In this document: piece after piece, positions 24,370-34,147 of the stretch | Layout of the letters: every line of letters begins with the position of its first letter | How positions within the stretch are numbered: the stretch's first letter is position 1 | Assembly: GCA_964595755.1 (NCBI GenBank) | Contig: CAZQQZ010000003.1 | Span: 1-36,371 of the forward strand | Origin: an uncultured Candidatus Saccharibacteria bacterium | GTDB lineage: Bacteria > Patescibacteriota > WWE3 > CAZQQZ01 | Direction of reading: 5' to 3' | Length of the DNA stretch: 36,371 bases | Notes under the pieces: generated by a model | Seen by the model: the letters and a program-made list of their open reading frames with translations, nothing else | Told to the model about the DNA's origin: nothing | Databases searched by the model: none | Made by a program: the position numbers and the translations under genes

Positions 24370-26499
24370 TTAAGAGGGTTTTTTGACACTCCTTGGTTTG
24401 CTCCCATCAGCAGGGCTCACAATTCCTCTTGCCTCAAGCTCATCCAAAAGTCTTGCCGCCCTGGCGTATCCTATTTGAAGCCTACGCTGCAAAAGTGAGG
24501 AAGATGCCCGATCATACTGACATATAATTTCTACCGCCTGATCAAAAAGAGGATCGTTTGACTTTGACCCCATCGGCTTTCCTCCTTCAGCCGGGGAAAG
24601 CTCGGTTACTTCCTCTTTGTAATCGGGCTTAATGTTTGATTTTTTCAAAAACTCCACCAACCCCATCCGTTCTTTTTCGGAAACGAATGCTCCCTGAAGC
24701 CTAATCGGACGAGAAGATTCCGGCGGAACAAAGAACATATCTCCCCGCCCAAGTAGCTTTTCCGCCCCCGCCTGATCAATAATCACCCGAGAATCCACTT
24801 GAGAAACAACATTAAAAGCAATTCGGCAGGGGATGTTGGCTTTAATCAATCCAGTAATAACATCGACGGAAGGCCGTTGGGTGGCAAGAACCAAGTGAAT
24901 TCCCGTTGCCCTAGACATTTGAGCAAGCCGGCAAACCGTCTTTTCAACCTCAACTGCGGCGGCCGACATCAAGTCTGCCAGTTCGTCCACCATAATCACA
25001 ATGTAAGGAAGCGCTTGAAATCCTGACATTTCATTGTAACCATCTATATCTCTGACCTTGGCATTTTCAAAAAGGCGGTAGCGGCGGGTCATTTCCGCAA
25101 GCGCCCATTTAAGAGAAGGGAGGGCCTTCATCGGATCAACAATTACCGGAGTTAGTAGATGCGGAATGTCGTTGTACAAAGGCAACTCAACTCTTTTCGG
25201 ATCGATCAATATAAATTTACATTCCGCCGGGGAGGCCCGAAAAAGAAGGCTGGTCATAAAAGAATGCAGAAGGATGGATTTACCGCTACCAGTCGCTCCC
25301 GCGACCAATATATGAGGCATTTTAGCGATATCGACCACCCAAGGAGTGCCTGAAACATCAAGCCCCAGAGCGACCGTCAGCTTCGACTTCATCTTTCTCA
25401 TCTGTTCCGAGGTCATCACGCTCTTAATGGTTACCAAGGCCGGCGAGAAATTAGGCACCTCTACCCCAATCAAGGATTTCCCTGGAATTGGGGCTTCAAT
25501 TCTAACGGAACCGGTAGGAGAAGCAAGCGCCATCGCCAAATCACTTTGAAGGTTGGTAATCTTGGTAATCTTCGTCCCCTGGGCTGATTCAAGGGCATAT
25601 TGGGTTACCGCCGGCCCCATATTTACCTCAACCACCTTCGCCTTAACCCCAAAAGAATCGAGAGTTTTTTCTATAATGGAAGCGTTTTTCTTGACATCCC
25701 CCCGATTGGCCGGAGGTCCCTGAATGTCAGATAGAAGATCAATCGAAGGATACTCCCAAACCTGATCGGAATAAGGCATGTTGGTAACGGTGTCTTCTCG
25801 AAGCGCTTCCTCTCGAATCTCCTTCCCGGTTTTGTTCGCTTCCGCGCTCACCGGTTCCGAAGGAGAGGCAATAATTTGAAAGGTCGGGGCCCCATTCCCC
25901 TCTGTTTTTTGGACCGATTCACCAACAACTACCTCCTCCGAGGAGGAATCTTTTTTGGAAAAAAGTTTTCCAAAAGAGGAAAAAATCTCCGGAATTTTTT
26001 TAATCGGGGTAAGCAACGTGACCAAAAAATCCACAAAGGAATCGAGGTTTGTATTGAAAGTAATTAAAAAAGAAGCGATCAAAAAGGTAAAGGTTGTAAG
26101 AAAAGCGCCCGGGGTGGAAACCGCCTCCCTTAAATTTTCACTGACGAACTTACCAGCAAGACCACCATCACGGCCGATAAGAGTTGAAAAAACTAAAATA
26201 GAAACGGATCCTAGAAAAATCCCGAAGAATACTCGAATCTGAATAAACTCTGATCTTATTTTATCAAAAATGATCAAACCAAGAAGAAGCACCAAGAGGG
26301 GAAAAAGGGGCGCACCAACCCCACCGAAGTAAAAAATCAGTTTCGCCTTTACGATTGAGTTTATATAGGCGGTAGGAAAAAAATAGGCGATCAAAGAGAG
26401 CCCGGAAACGAAAAAAAGGAATATCGCGGTAAGCGACTGCAAATTACCCTTCTTAAGTCTAAACTTAAACAATTTTTTGTGTCTGCCTCTTCTAGACAT
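24370..26499 (-). CDS. ftsK: DNA translocase FtsK/SpoIIIE
   Basis: N-terminal TM helices, Walker A GATGSGKS, VDELADLM, ATQRPS and gamma domain LQRRLQIGYARAARL. Confidence 0.97.
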   Translation of the reverse strand: MSRRGRHKKLFKFRLKKGNLQSLTAIFLFFVSGLSLIAYFFPTAYINSIVKAKLIFYFGGVGAPLFPLLVLLLGLIIFDKIRSEFIQIRVFFGIFLGSVSILVFSTLIGRDGGLAGKFVSENLREAVSTPGAFLTTFTFLIASFLITFNTNLDSFVDFLVTLLTPIKKIPEIFSSFGKLFSKKDSSSEEVVVGESVQKTEGNGAPTFQIIASPSEPVSAEANKTGKEIREEALREDTVTNMPYSDQVWEYPSIDLLSDIQGPPANRGDVKKNASIIEKTLDSFGVKAKVVEVNMGPAVTQYALESAQGTKITKITNLQSDLAMALASPTGSVRIEAPIPGKSLIGVEVPNFSPALVTIKSVMTSEQMRKMKSKLTVALGLDVSGTPWVVDIAKMPHILVAGATGSGKSILLHSFMTSLLFRASPAECKFILIDPKRVELPLYNDIPHLLTPVIVDPMKALPSLKWALAEMTRRYRLFENAKVRDIDGYNEMSGFQALPYIVIMVDELADLMSAAAVEVEKTVCRLAQMSRATGIHLVLATQRPSVDVITGLIKANIPCRIAFNVVSQVDSRVIIDQAGAEKLLGRGDMFFVPPESSRPIRLQGAFVSEKERMGLVEFLKKSNIKPDYKEEVTELSPAEGGKPMGSKSNDPLFDQAVEIICQYDRASSSLLQRRLQIGYARAARLLDELEARGIVSPADGSKPRSVKKPS

Positions 26500-26556
26500 G
26501 GAACTTTTTAAAATGAATCTCCCTAATAGTAGCACAAACTTAAGGGGTATTAATTT

Positions 26557-28278
26557 TTAAATCTCAATAATTTCGGAAACAATCAGAGGACGCCTTTCGA
26601 TTTCCCCGTAAAGAAATTCCAGCACCGCTTTCTCAATTTGCGATTTCATAAAAGGGTAATCTTTACCCTTCCCTATATGACGGGTAAAAGTATCCTTGGC
26701 GATTTTTGTCGTTTTATCCAAAAGCTCCCGAGACTCCTCTGGGTAAACGAATCCTCGAGTAATGATTTTTATATCGCTCAAAGAATTATTCGCTTTAGAA
26801 ATGGTAACAAAAAGAGCGATAAGTCCGTCGTTTGCAAGCATTTGCCGATCTCTTAAAATTGCCGGACCGATGCCCCCAACCTGAAGCCCATCGATATAAA
26901 TCTCGTTTGTTGGCACCTTCTCACCAAGAGTAACGCTCCCCTGCTTAAAAATGATTTCCTGACCCTCAAGAAGCTCTAAAATATTTTCTCTGGGAAACCC
27001 CATCTTCGCAATAAGTTCGGCGTAAGACCGCATATGTTTTGGCGTCCCTCCGATCGGGATAAAATATTTCGGGTGAACGATGGAGGCTAAAAGCTGGAGA
27101 TCTCCCTGAGAACCATGACCAGAAACATGCAAATTGTCTTGAATTTCCGAGTAGTAGACATCCGCCCCTTTGATAATAAGTTTATTGATTAAGTTATCGA
27201 CCTGATCAAAAATCCCCGGGATAGGGTCGGCCGAGAAAATGACCACCGCCCCTTTTTGAAGTTTAATATAACGGTTAGCATCGCTGGCCGCTTTAACCAA
27301 AGCGGAACCTGGCTGCCCGTAAGCGCCCGCGATAAGGTAAAGCACCTCAGAATCTCGAAACTTTCTCTTTTGATCATCTAAAATTAAACTCCCCTCGGGA
27401 ACGGATAGGTAACCGGTTCTCTGGGCAATTTCAATATTTTTGGCGATCGATTTTCCGATTGGAACTACCCTCCGACCATACTTCCTCGCTACTATGATCG
27501 CCTGATACATCCTGGAAATATTTGAGGAGATAGTCGTGATCAAAACCTGCTTACCTTTGGCTTTCCCGATGAGCGTATCGAATGTCGCCTCAATCTCACT
27601 TTCGGAAGTGGTAAATCCTGGAGAATTCGAACCAAGACAATCGGAAAGAAGGGCGAGTACGCCCCCTTTTGCAAGTTGAGACGCTCTGGCAATATCAAAA
27701 ACATGACCGATTACCGGAGAAAAATCAAATTTAAAATCGGCCACATGAAAAATCTTTCCCGCGCGAGTCTGAATGCAGTAACCAAGAGAATCGGGAATGG
27801 AGTGATTTACATAAAAAGGAGTAATCGTAAATTCACCAATATTAAAACTCCCAAGGTGCGGCTCAATCAAAAAAAGACGCGCCGATTTGAGCATATTCCG
27901 CTCCTCAAGCCGCGACTCAATAAAACCAAGAACAAGTTTGGTAGCGTAGATGGGCGCGCTTACTTGATCTAACAAATATGAAAGGGCCCCGATATGATCC
28001 TCATGACCGTGGGTAATCAAAATTCCCCTAATTTTTTCTTTCTTTTTGATCAAGTAACTGGTATCAGGAATTAAAATATCAACTCCCAATATCTCACTGC
28101 TTGGATATCCAATTCCGCAATCAACCACCAAAATATCGTCCTTTGTTTCATAAACATAGAGGTTTTTGGTGACATCCGTGGTTCCGCCAAGAGGAATAAT
28201 TTTTAAGGAATCTCCCAAAGAGGCAATAACCGGAGGCTTAGTATTTAAGTGTTCTCTATTATTTTGTAAAAACTTCAT
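26557..28278 (-). CDS. rnj: Ribonuclease J
   Basis: IIPLGG, THGHEDHIG, NHSIPD, DFKFD and HVSGH motifs. Confidence 0.95.
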   Translation of the reverse strand: MKFLQNNREHLNTKPPVIASLGDSLKIIPLGGTTDVTKNLYVYETKDDILVVDCGIGYPSSEILGVDILIPDTSYLIKKKEKIRGILITHGHEDHIGALSYLLDQVSAPIYATKLVLGFIESRLEERNMLKSARLFLIEPHLGSFNIGEFTITPFYVNHSIPDSLGYCIQTRAGKIFHVADFKFDFSPVIGHVFDIARASQLAKGGVLALLSDCLGSNSPGFTTSESEIEATFDTLIGKAKGKQVLITTISSNISRMYQAIIVARKYGRRVVPIGKSIAKNIEIAQRTGYLSVPEGSLILDDQKRKFRDSEVLYLIAGAYGQPGSALVKAASDANRYIKLQKGAVVIFSADPIPGIFDQVDNLINKLIIKGADVYYSEIQDNLHVSGHGSQGDLQLLASIVHPKYFIPIGGTPKHMRSYAELIAKMGFPRENILELLEGQEIIFKQGSVTLGEKVPTNEIYIDGLQVGGIGPAILRDRQMLANDGLIALFVTISKANNSLSDIKIITRGFVYPEESRELLDKTTKIAKDTFTRHIGKGKDYPFMKSQIEKAVLEFLYGEIERRPLIVSEIIEI

Positions 28279-28288
28279 TACGGGCAGT

Positions 28289-28909
28289 TTAACTAAACAT
28301 TAACAATTGTTTTTCATCCTTCTTTTTTGAAGGCGCTTGATCTTCAGGCTTAATTTCCCCGGAGATCACTTTTGGAATCCTCAAAAAATCCCTCCTTAAA
28401 ATCATCAAAACTTGGGTCGATCTAAGGGCGGCCGCTGGGTGGTAGATTGGATAAATTATATAACTACCAACTACCTTCGGCACCCCATGGTCTCTAGAGA
28501 TCTGGCCATTCTTGACAAAGTGATCCATCGCAAACTTTCCCAATGTCACAATCACTTTCGGATTAAGAACTTTTAACTGCTCCTCAAGATAAGGCTTACA
28601 GGAACGCAATTCGTCAACCATTGGCTGACGATTGTCTGGTGGGCGGCATTTTATCACGTTTCCAATCCAAACATCACTTCTTTTGAAATGGGTGGCATCC
28701 AGCAGTTCATCAAGAAGATCCCCGGCTCTCCCGCAAAAAGGAACCCCTCTCTCGTCCTCACTCGCCCCCGGCGCCTCCCCAACGAAAACTGCCTTCGCGT
28801 CAGTACTGCCAACCCCAGGAACGGGCTTATTGCGGGTGCGATACAACCTACATTCTTTGCATCTTCCCACTTGCTTTTCTATTTGAGCAAGTAATTCTCT
28901 TTTATCCAT
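28289..28909 (-). CDS. Uracil-DNA glycosylase family 4
   Basis: CxxCxL, VGEAPG, KCRPP and YHPAA motifs. Confidence 0.95.
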   Translation of the reverse strand: MDKRELLAQIEKQVGRCKECRLYRTRNKPVPGVGSTDAKAVFVGEAPGASEDERGVPFCGRAGDLLDELLDATHFKRSDVWIGNVIKCRPPDNRQPMVDELRSCKPYLEEQLKVLNPKVIVTLGKFAMDHFVKNGQISRDHGVPKVVGSYIIYPIYHPAAALRSTQVLMILRRDFLRIPKVISGEIKPEDQAPSKKKDEKQLLMFS

Positions 28910-28915
28910 TCTTGA

Positions 28916-29848
28916 TTAATATGTAATCTCGGTGCCGACCTTGACTCGAGAGATCAAAAAACCCTCCGCCGTCGCTAACGAGGCTAGGCTTTTTGAAAAA
29001 GAACTTAAACTTTCCGGTAAAAATTTATCAAGGAGGACCGCTTTTCCTTTTTTAACCCAAAGATAGGCCTGTCCTGATTGGGAAAGCCTTTGGCGGGATT
29101 CAGAAAAACCAAGGGTTTCTTTAAGGCTTAAAACTTCTCCCTCGGAAACCGATTTAATCTCGGAAACAAGAGCTTCCGAATCAGAGATAATTAAGTAGTC
29201 GTTAAAAGCGACTATTCGAATGCCGGGAAAATCCTCCTCTTTGAGGGTAGACAATTTTTCCGTGACAAATTCCGCGTTTTCTATTTTTGCGATCAGCCCC
29301 CACTCTTCCTCTCCCTCTCTTGTCTTTAAAAGAAGGACGTAATTTAGTTTTAAGAAACTGACCGCTTCATCAAGACCCAAGTTCACTTTTTCCTTAAATT
29401 GGCTAGGAAACTCTACCCCTAACCTTTCGATCAATAATTTTTCCGGATGAGTACTTTCAAAATAAAGATCTATGTCGGAAGGGGTAATCCCCGAAAAGAG
29501 ATTTATGTCTAAAGCCTCCTCCCCCATTGGAAAATACACATCTTTAACGGTAAGCTTTCTTTCATCCGGCAGAACTTCCGCGCTTTCTGACGCCTCTCCG
29601 GCAACACTTGGTTTATCCGAAGGAGAGGAGCTCTTCCGAAAAATAAAGTAAGCCCCACCCCCCAAAGCGGTAAAAAGAGCGAGGAAAAGAACTATTGAAA
29701 GAATCTTAAAGCTCGATTTTTTGGTTAAGCCCCCATCCGGCAAAATATCTTCCTCATTGGAAAAGAGTCTCTCGCCGCATTGATAGCAATACATGTACCT
29801 ATCAGAGGCGATCTTAGTTCCACATTTAGGGCAAGTAATCTCTTCCAT
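28916..29848 (-). CDS. Zinc-ribbon membrane-anchored hypothetical protein
   Basis: CPKCG...YCYQCG followed by a single TM helix. Confidence 0.8.
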   Translation of the reverse strand: MEEITCPKCGTKIASDRYMYCYQCGERLFSNEEDILPDGGLTKKSSFKILSIVLFLALFTALGGGAYFIFRKSSSPSDKPSVAGEASESAEVLPDERKLTVKDVYFPMGEEALDINLFSGITPSDIDLYFESTHPEKLLIERLGVEFPSQFKEKVNLGLDEAVSFLKLNYVLLLKTREGEEEWGLIAKIENAEFVTEKLSTLKEEDFPGIRIVAFNDYLIISDSEALVSEIKSVSEGEVLSLKETLGFSESRQRLSQSGQAYLWVKKGKAVLLDKFLPESLSSFSKSLASLATAEGFLISRVKVGTEITY

Positions 29849-29874
29849 AATTTGAGTATACCGAATTCGACAAG

Positions 29875-32136
29875 TTAACGATAGCTCCTTCCCTGGTAAT
29901 CAGGTCGCTTGTAAGAAGAGCCACCAAAACCACCACCTCGGCCGCCACGATCGCCACTACGACTATTATTGTACGGGCGTCTTGGTCGATTATAAGGAGA
30001 GTGATTAGTGAGGGACGGAGTGTTTTTATAATCCGCTTCCGTTGGTTTCGTTAGGGCTTTCATCGAAAGATTTACCCGTCCCATCGAGTCGATTTCAATC
30101 ACCTTAACTTTAACCGTATCTCCCTCTTTAACAACATCTCTTGGGCTTCGAACAAACCCATGAGCCATCTCGCTTACATGAACCAAACCCTCTTTGCCAG
30201 GCCAAAGCTCAACGAAAGCGCCAAAGTCCATTAGTCTTGTGACCGCACCCTCATATTCTTCACCGGGAACCGCTTCTTTTGTGAGAGTTTCGATTCGTTT
30301 TTTGGCAATTTCTAATCCCTTTGGGTCCTGACCGCAAATGCAAACGACACCATCATCGTCGATGTCAATTTCGGAGCCGGACTCTTCAATAATCTTTTTG
30401 ATTATCTTTCCGCCCGCCCCAATCACTTCCCCAATCTTCTTTGGATCGATCTTAAGGACGATAATCTTAGGCGCGTATTCTGAAAGGGATTTTCTCGGAC
30501 CGGCTAAAGCCTCCTCAATCTTTCCAAGGATAAACAGCCGACCTTCTTTTGACTGCTTCAAAACATCTTTGAAAACGGCGAGAGGAAGTCCTTTGGTAAG
30601 TTTTATATCCATTTGGATGGCGGTCACTCCGTCTCGAGTTCCCGTCATTTTATAATCCATAAACCCGTTCCAGTCTTCCACCCCAGCGATATCGGTTAAA
30701 ATCACATATTTTTCTTCGCTCTCATCGGTAATCAACCCAACGGCAACTCCCCCAACCGGCTTCTTGATCGGAACGCCCGCGTCCATTAACGCCAAGGTCG
30801 ATCCGCAAGTGGCCGCCATCGAGGAAGATCCATTTTGGGAAAGAATTTCGGAAACCACCCTAATCGTGTAAGGAAATTCTTCTTTGGAAGGAATCATTGG
30901 TTTAAGGGCGTTTTCTCCAAGCATCCCGTGGCCAATTTCCCTTCTTCCCGGAGATCTTAAAGGCGCGGTTTCTCCCAAAGAATAGGGGGCGCCGTTATAG
31001 TGATGAATATAACGTTTGGTTTCCTCCCCATACATATTTTCAATCAGAAGTTCAAGGGAGGTGGAACCCAAAGTAACGACCGTTAGCGATTGGGTAATTC
31101 CTCTTGTAAATAGAGCGCTCCCGTGAGTTCTTGGAAGAACTCCAATTTTGATATCAATCGGGCGGACCTCATCAAGTTTTCGGCCATCCGGTCGTTTCCC
31201 CTCCTCTAAAACAAATTTTCTTAAAACCTTTTTCTCCACCTGATTAAGAGCCATCGCCATTTTCGCTTTGGTGTATTTACCCTCGAACGTAGAAAAAACC
31301 CCGGCCTCCAAATCGCGGTAAGCATCCACCCAATCCACCTTTTCAAGCGGAGTAGCCATCATTTTCTTGAGGGTATCTTCGGACTCTTTGGTAATTTCGG
31401 CAAGCATTTCTTTATCCAAGGCGTGAGAAACATATTCATATTTCTTTGCCCCAACTTCTTTGGAAAATTCCTCGATCATATCTAAAATCGGTTTCATTTC
31501 GTTGACCGCGAATTCAACCGCGCTATATATAACACTCTCAGGAACATCGTTAGCGTGAGCCTCCATGGCAAGCACTCGATCGCGAATTCCGGAGATGATG
31601 ATATTTAGGTCAGCTCCCTCTAAATCACTATTAGTTGGGTTAAGAAGATATTTTCCGTCCTTATAGCCGACCCGAACGCTTCCGAAAGGCCCGTTAAAAG
31701 GGACATCAGAAGAAGTTAAAGCGGCGCTTGCGGCAATAAGCCCCAACATTTCCGCATCATTTTCTTTATCAACCGAAAGAACGGTAACAATCACTTGCAC
31801 CTCATCCATAAAATCTTTTGGAAAGAGTGGTCGAGCGGCGTGATCGATCAAACGACCAGAAATAGTCGACATTTCCGAGGGCATTCCCTCTCGCTTTACA
31901 AAACGAGAAGATTTAATAAAACCACCAGCGTAGAGCCTTTCTTCAAAATCCACTCGAAGCGGGAAAAAATCGGACTCAACTTTTGGCTCGTTGGCAACTA
32001 CCGTTGCCAAAACCATCGTGTCGCCATACCGCGCTATTACCGCCCGATTTGCCTGCATCGCAAAATAACCCGTTTCGAGGGTCAACTTTCGGCCACCAAA
32101 GTCAAGCTCTTTCTTGACTATCTTTTGTTTAGGCAT
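29875..32136 (-). CDS. pnp: Polyribonucleotide nucleotidyltransferase
   Basis: DFFPLRVD, RRE.GHG, SNGSSS-like SQNGSSSMA, KH (IGAGG) and S1 domains; follows rpsO. Confidence 0.97.
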   Translation of the reverse strand: MPKQKIVKKELDFGGRKLTLETGYFAMQANRAVIARYGDTMVLATVVANEPKVESDFFPLRVDFEERLYAGGFIKSSRFVKREGMPSEMSTISGRLIDHAARPLFPKDFMDEVQVIVTVLSVDKENDAEMLGLIAASAALTSSDVPFNGPFGSVRVGYKDGKYLLNPTNSDLEGADLNIIISGIRDRVLAMEAHANDVPESVIYSAVEFAVNEMKPILDMIEEFSKEVGAKKYEYVSHALDKEMLAEITKESEDTLKKMMATPLEKVDWVDAYRDLEAGVFSTFEGKYTKAKMAMALNQVEKKVLRKFVLEEGKRPDGRKLDEVRPIDIKIGVLPRTHGSALFTRGITQSLTVVTLGSTSLELLIENMYGEETKRYIHHYNGAPYSLGETAPLRSPGRREIGHGMLGENALKPMIPSKEEFPYTIRVVSEILSQNGSSSMAATCGSTLALMDAGVPIKKPVGGVAVGLITDESEEKYVILTDIAGVEDWNGFMDYKMTGTRDGVTAIQMDIKLTKGLPLAVFKDVLKQSKEGRLFILGKIEEALAGPRKSLSEYAPKIIVLKIDPKKIGEVIGAGGKIIKKIIEESGSEIDIDDDGVVCICGQDPKGLEIAKKRIETLTKEAVPGEEYEGAVTRLMDFGAFVELWPGKEGLVHVSEMAHGFVRSPRDVVKEGDTVKVKVIEIDSMGRVNLSMKALTKPTEADYKNTPSLTNHSPYNRPRRPYNNSRSGDRGGRGGGFGGSSYKRPDYQGRSYR

Positions 32137-32313
32137 AAAACGAATAGGAGGTTTTTGGCTTGAGGCGTGAATGAAGTAGTACCTTTTTGAAAAATGCTCT
32201 TTTTCAAAAAGATATCACCCCACTGCGCGCGGTCAAACCAACCAATCCTTTAACTTGAAAACATAAAATTTGCGAACGTCTTTTTGCGAGCGATAAGCCT
32301 CTTTCGCGAGCAA

Positions 32314-32342
32314 AAGAAGAAATACGCAACTTCAGTTGCGTA
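32314..32342 (-). terminator. Terminator-like hairpin after rpsO
   Basis: Minus strand tacgcaac-tgaa-gttgcgta followed by tttcttctt. Confidence 0.7.
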
Positions 32343-32347
32343 GAGCT

Positions 32348-32617
32348 TCACTTTTTGAGTCCCAATCCCTTTATTAAGGAGGCGTATCTCTCCACTCCCA
32401 CTTTCTTAAGATATTCCAAAAGCCTTCTTCTTTTATTAACCATTTTTAGAAGTCCACGTCTCGAATGAAAGTCTTTACGATGTTCTTTAAGGTGCTCGGA
32501 AAGATAATCGATTCTCTTGGTAAGAAGAGCCACCTGCACCTCAGGACTGCCGGTATCACCAGCGTGGGTGGCAAAGCTTTTTAGAATTTTCTCCTTATCG
32601 ACCTTTTCTAAAGACAC
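32348..32617 (-). CDS. rpsO: 30S ribosomal protein S15
   Basis: [13 protein letters not shown]...[13 protein letters not shown]; a GTG start at 32617 gives 89 aa. Confidence 0.96.
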   Translation of the reverse strand: MSLEKVDKEKILKSFATHAGDTGSPEVQVALLTKRIDYLSEHLKEHRKDFHSRRGLLKMVNKRRRLLEYLKKVGVERYASLIKGLGLKK

Positions 32618-32730
32618 TTTGAAATATAAAGAAGCGAAACTCGTAAACTTAAACAATGTAAAGCCTAGGAATTGCTCTTTAATAAACGCACTAACAATCG
32701 AACTAAGTCATTCTATCAAAAATTGGGAGA

Positions 32731-33333
32731 TTACGCAATCCCCGATAAACCAAGAAGTAAAGCCTTGGCAGTAATCGCGGAAGGGACAAGGTTTGCTCTA
32801 GAAAGCAAAGTAAACAAATTCGCGGAGTATCCTTGATTGGAAATATCGATTTGCAATTCGCCGAATGCTGGTTTATCCGCAAAAACTACCTTTTGGGAAG
32901 CAATAATCTCTTCTTTATATTCTGACAAAGCGGAGGGAATGGCATTAAGATCAGAGATTCCAAAAAGTACCCAAAGATCAAAGTTTGGAACGGTATATGA
33001 ATAACGGATGTTTTCCGGATTAAAATCTTTTGGAATTGGACTTAAAATTAGATTAAAAGCGCCATCTTCCGAGAAGTAGCGAACTTTCTCGATCGTTTCT
33101 GGGGTGTAATCAAAGGAAATCACCAAGTTCTTTTGCCCCGGTTCGTTTTGAAAAAAAGCCAGTTCCGCCGCTTCTTCAGGAACGTTGTCTTTAGCAATCA
33201 AAGTCACTTCCTTTCCCATCTCTTTGGCAACCAAAGAAAGAGCCGCTCCGGCAAAGTAGGCGTCCCTCGGAGCGCCGGAAGCAACAAGAATCGCAATCTT
33301 TTTGTTTTTGATTAAAGCTTCTTTAAAATCCAT
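32731..33333 (-). CDS. Degenerate DHH-phosphoesterase-like protein
   Basis: Resembles the N-terminal DHH fold with the NLVISFDY...VRY...FNLILSP insert seen in CPR homologues; no catalytic DHH motif is visible. Confidence 0.55.
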   Translation of the reverse strand: MDFKEALIKNKKIAILVASGAPRDAYFAGAALSLVAKEMGKEVTLIAKDNVPEEAAELAFFQNEPGQKNLVISFDYTPETIEKVRYFSEDGAFNLILSPIPKDFNPENIRYSYTVPNFDLWVLFGISDLNAIPSALSEYKEEIIASQKVVFADKPAFGELQIDISNQGYSANLFTLLSRANLVPSAITAKALLLGLSGIA

Positions 33334-33443
33334 AGGGAGAGATCCTGGGGGTTGATCGGGGGTATTATAGCAAAATTAGATTATTGTATCAATTAAATAA
33401 TCCAAAACTTCCTGCTGTTTAGATTGTCTGCCTCGTACCCAAC

Positions 33444-33470
33444 CATTAAGCAATCATTAAGGTATTTAAC
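33444..33470 (+). promoter_or_regulatory. Direct-repeat operator (OmpR/PhoB-like)
   Basis: cattaag at 33444 and 33455 (11 bp period) plus tttaac at 33465. Confidence 0.5.
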
Positions 33471-33510
33471 CTAAATTACAATCAGAAGTTATTAAAGGAG
33501 GTGAGAATCT

Positions 33511-33981
33511 ATGAAAAAAATAATCGCGCTTTCTGCGCTTGCGGTAGTCCTAGGAGCCGGACTGCTTAAGTCAGGCATTGTCTTTGCTCAAGGAAACGGA
33601 CAGGAGAGAATGAGCACCTTAGTCCAAAAAATTGCCGATAAATTTAATCTTAACAAAGACGAAGTTCAGGCAATTTTTGATGAAGATAAAGCCATTCGGG
33701 AAACCGAAATGAAAGCAGAAAGGGAGGCCCACCGAGCAGAGATGCAAACAAAATATGAGGAGCGGTTAACTCAAGATGTGACGTATGGAAAAATAACCGA
33801 GGAGCAAAGGAAGTTAATTCTTGCGAAACACAAGGAGATGGAAGCAAATAGAGAGACAAAAATGGAGGGAACTAGAACCGAGCTCGAAGCTTGGGCAAAG
33901 GAAAATGGGATCGATTCCAGTTACTTAATGGGAGGATTTGGAGGAAGGGGACGCGGTGGTATGGGAGGGTTTGGTAAATAA
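33511..33981 (+). CDS. Secreted helical hypothetical protein with a Gly-rich tail
   Basis: Signal peptide ending VFA; AAGGAGGTGA RBS; terminator downstream. Confidence 0.85.
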   Translation: MKKIIALSALAVVLGAGLLKSGIVFAQGNGQERMSTLVQKIADKFNLNKDEVQAIFDEDKAIRETEMKAEREAHRAEMQTKYEERLTQDVTYGKITEEQRKLILAKHKEMEANRETKMEGTRTELEAWAKENGIDSSYLMGGFGGRGRGGMGGFGK

Positions 33982-34017
33982 CAAATAGCGGCTACTTGGG
34001 CACCCAAACGCGCAAAG

Positions 34018-34044
34018 AGCAGTTCGATCTTCGGACTGCTTTTT
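34018..34044 (+). terminator. Rho-independent terminator
   Basis: agcagttcga-tct-tcggactgct followed by tttt. Confidence 0.8.
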
Positions 34045-34077
34045 GGTTGTAAGGAAGAGTAACTTGTAGGAAAATAT

Positions 34078-34147
34078 CAGTCCCGTAAACTGTACTACGG
34101 TACTATATTTTAATAATAAAAAGATTACTTATTCGATTACGTAATCT
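34078..34147 (+). repeat. Composite palindromic site, copy 2 (A 34078-34105, B 34122-34147)
   Basis: CAGTCCCGTAA-ACTGTA-CTACGGTACTA, 16 bp linker, AGATTACTTATTCGATTACGTAATCT. Confidence 0.9.

Noticed and set aside
28279-28291. AAACTGCCC just upstream of the rnj start and of the 23118 start (minus strand)
   Set aside because: There are only two short occurrences with different spacing, too few to call a regulatory motif.
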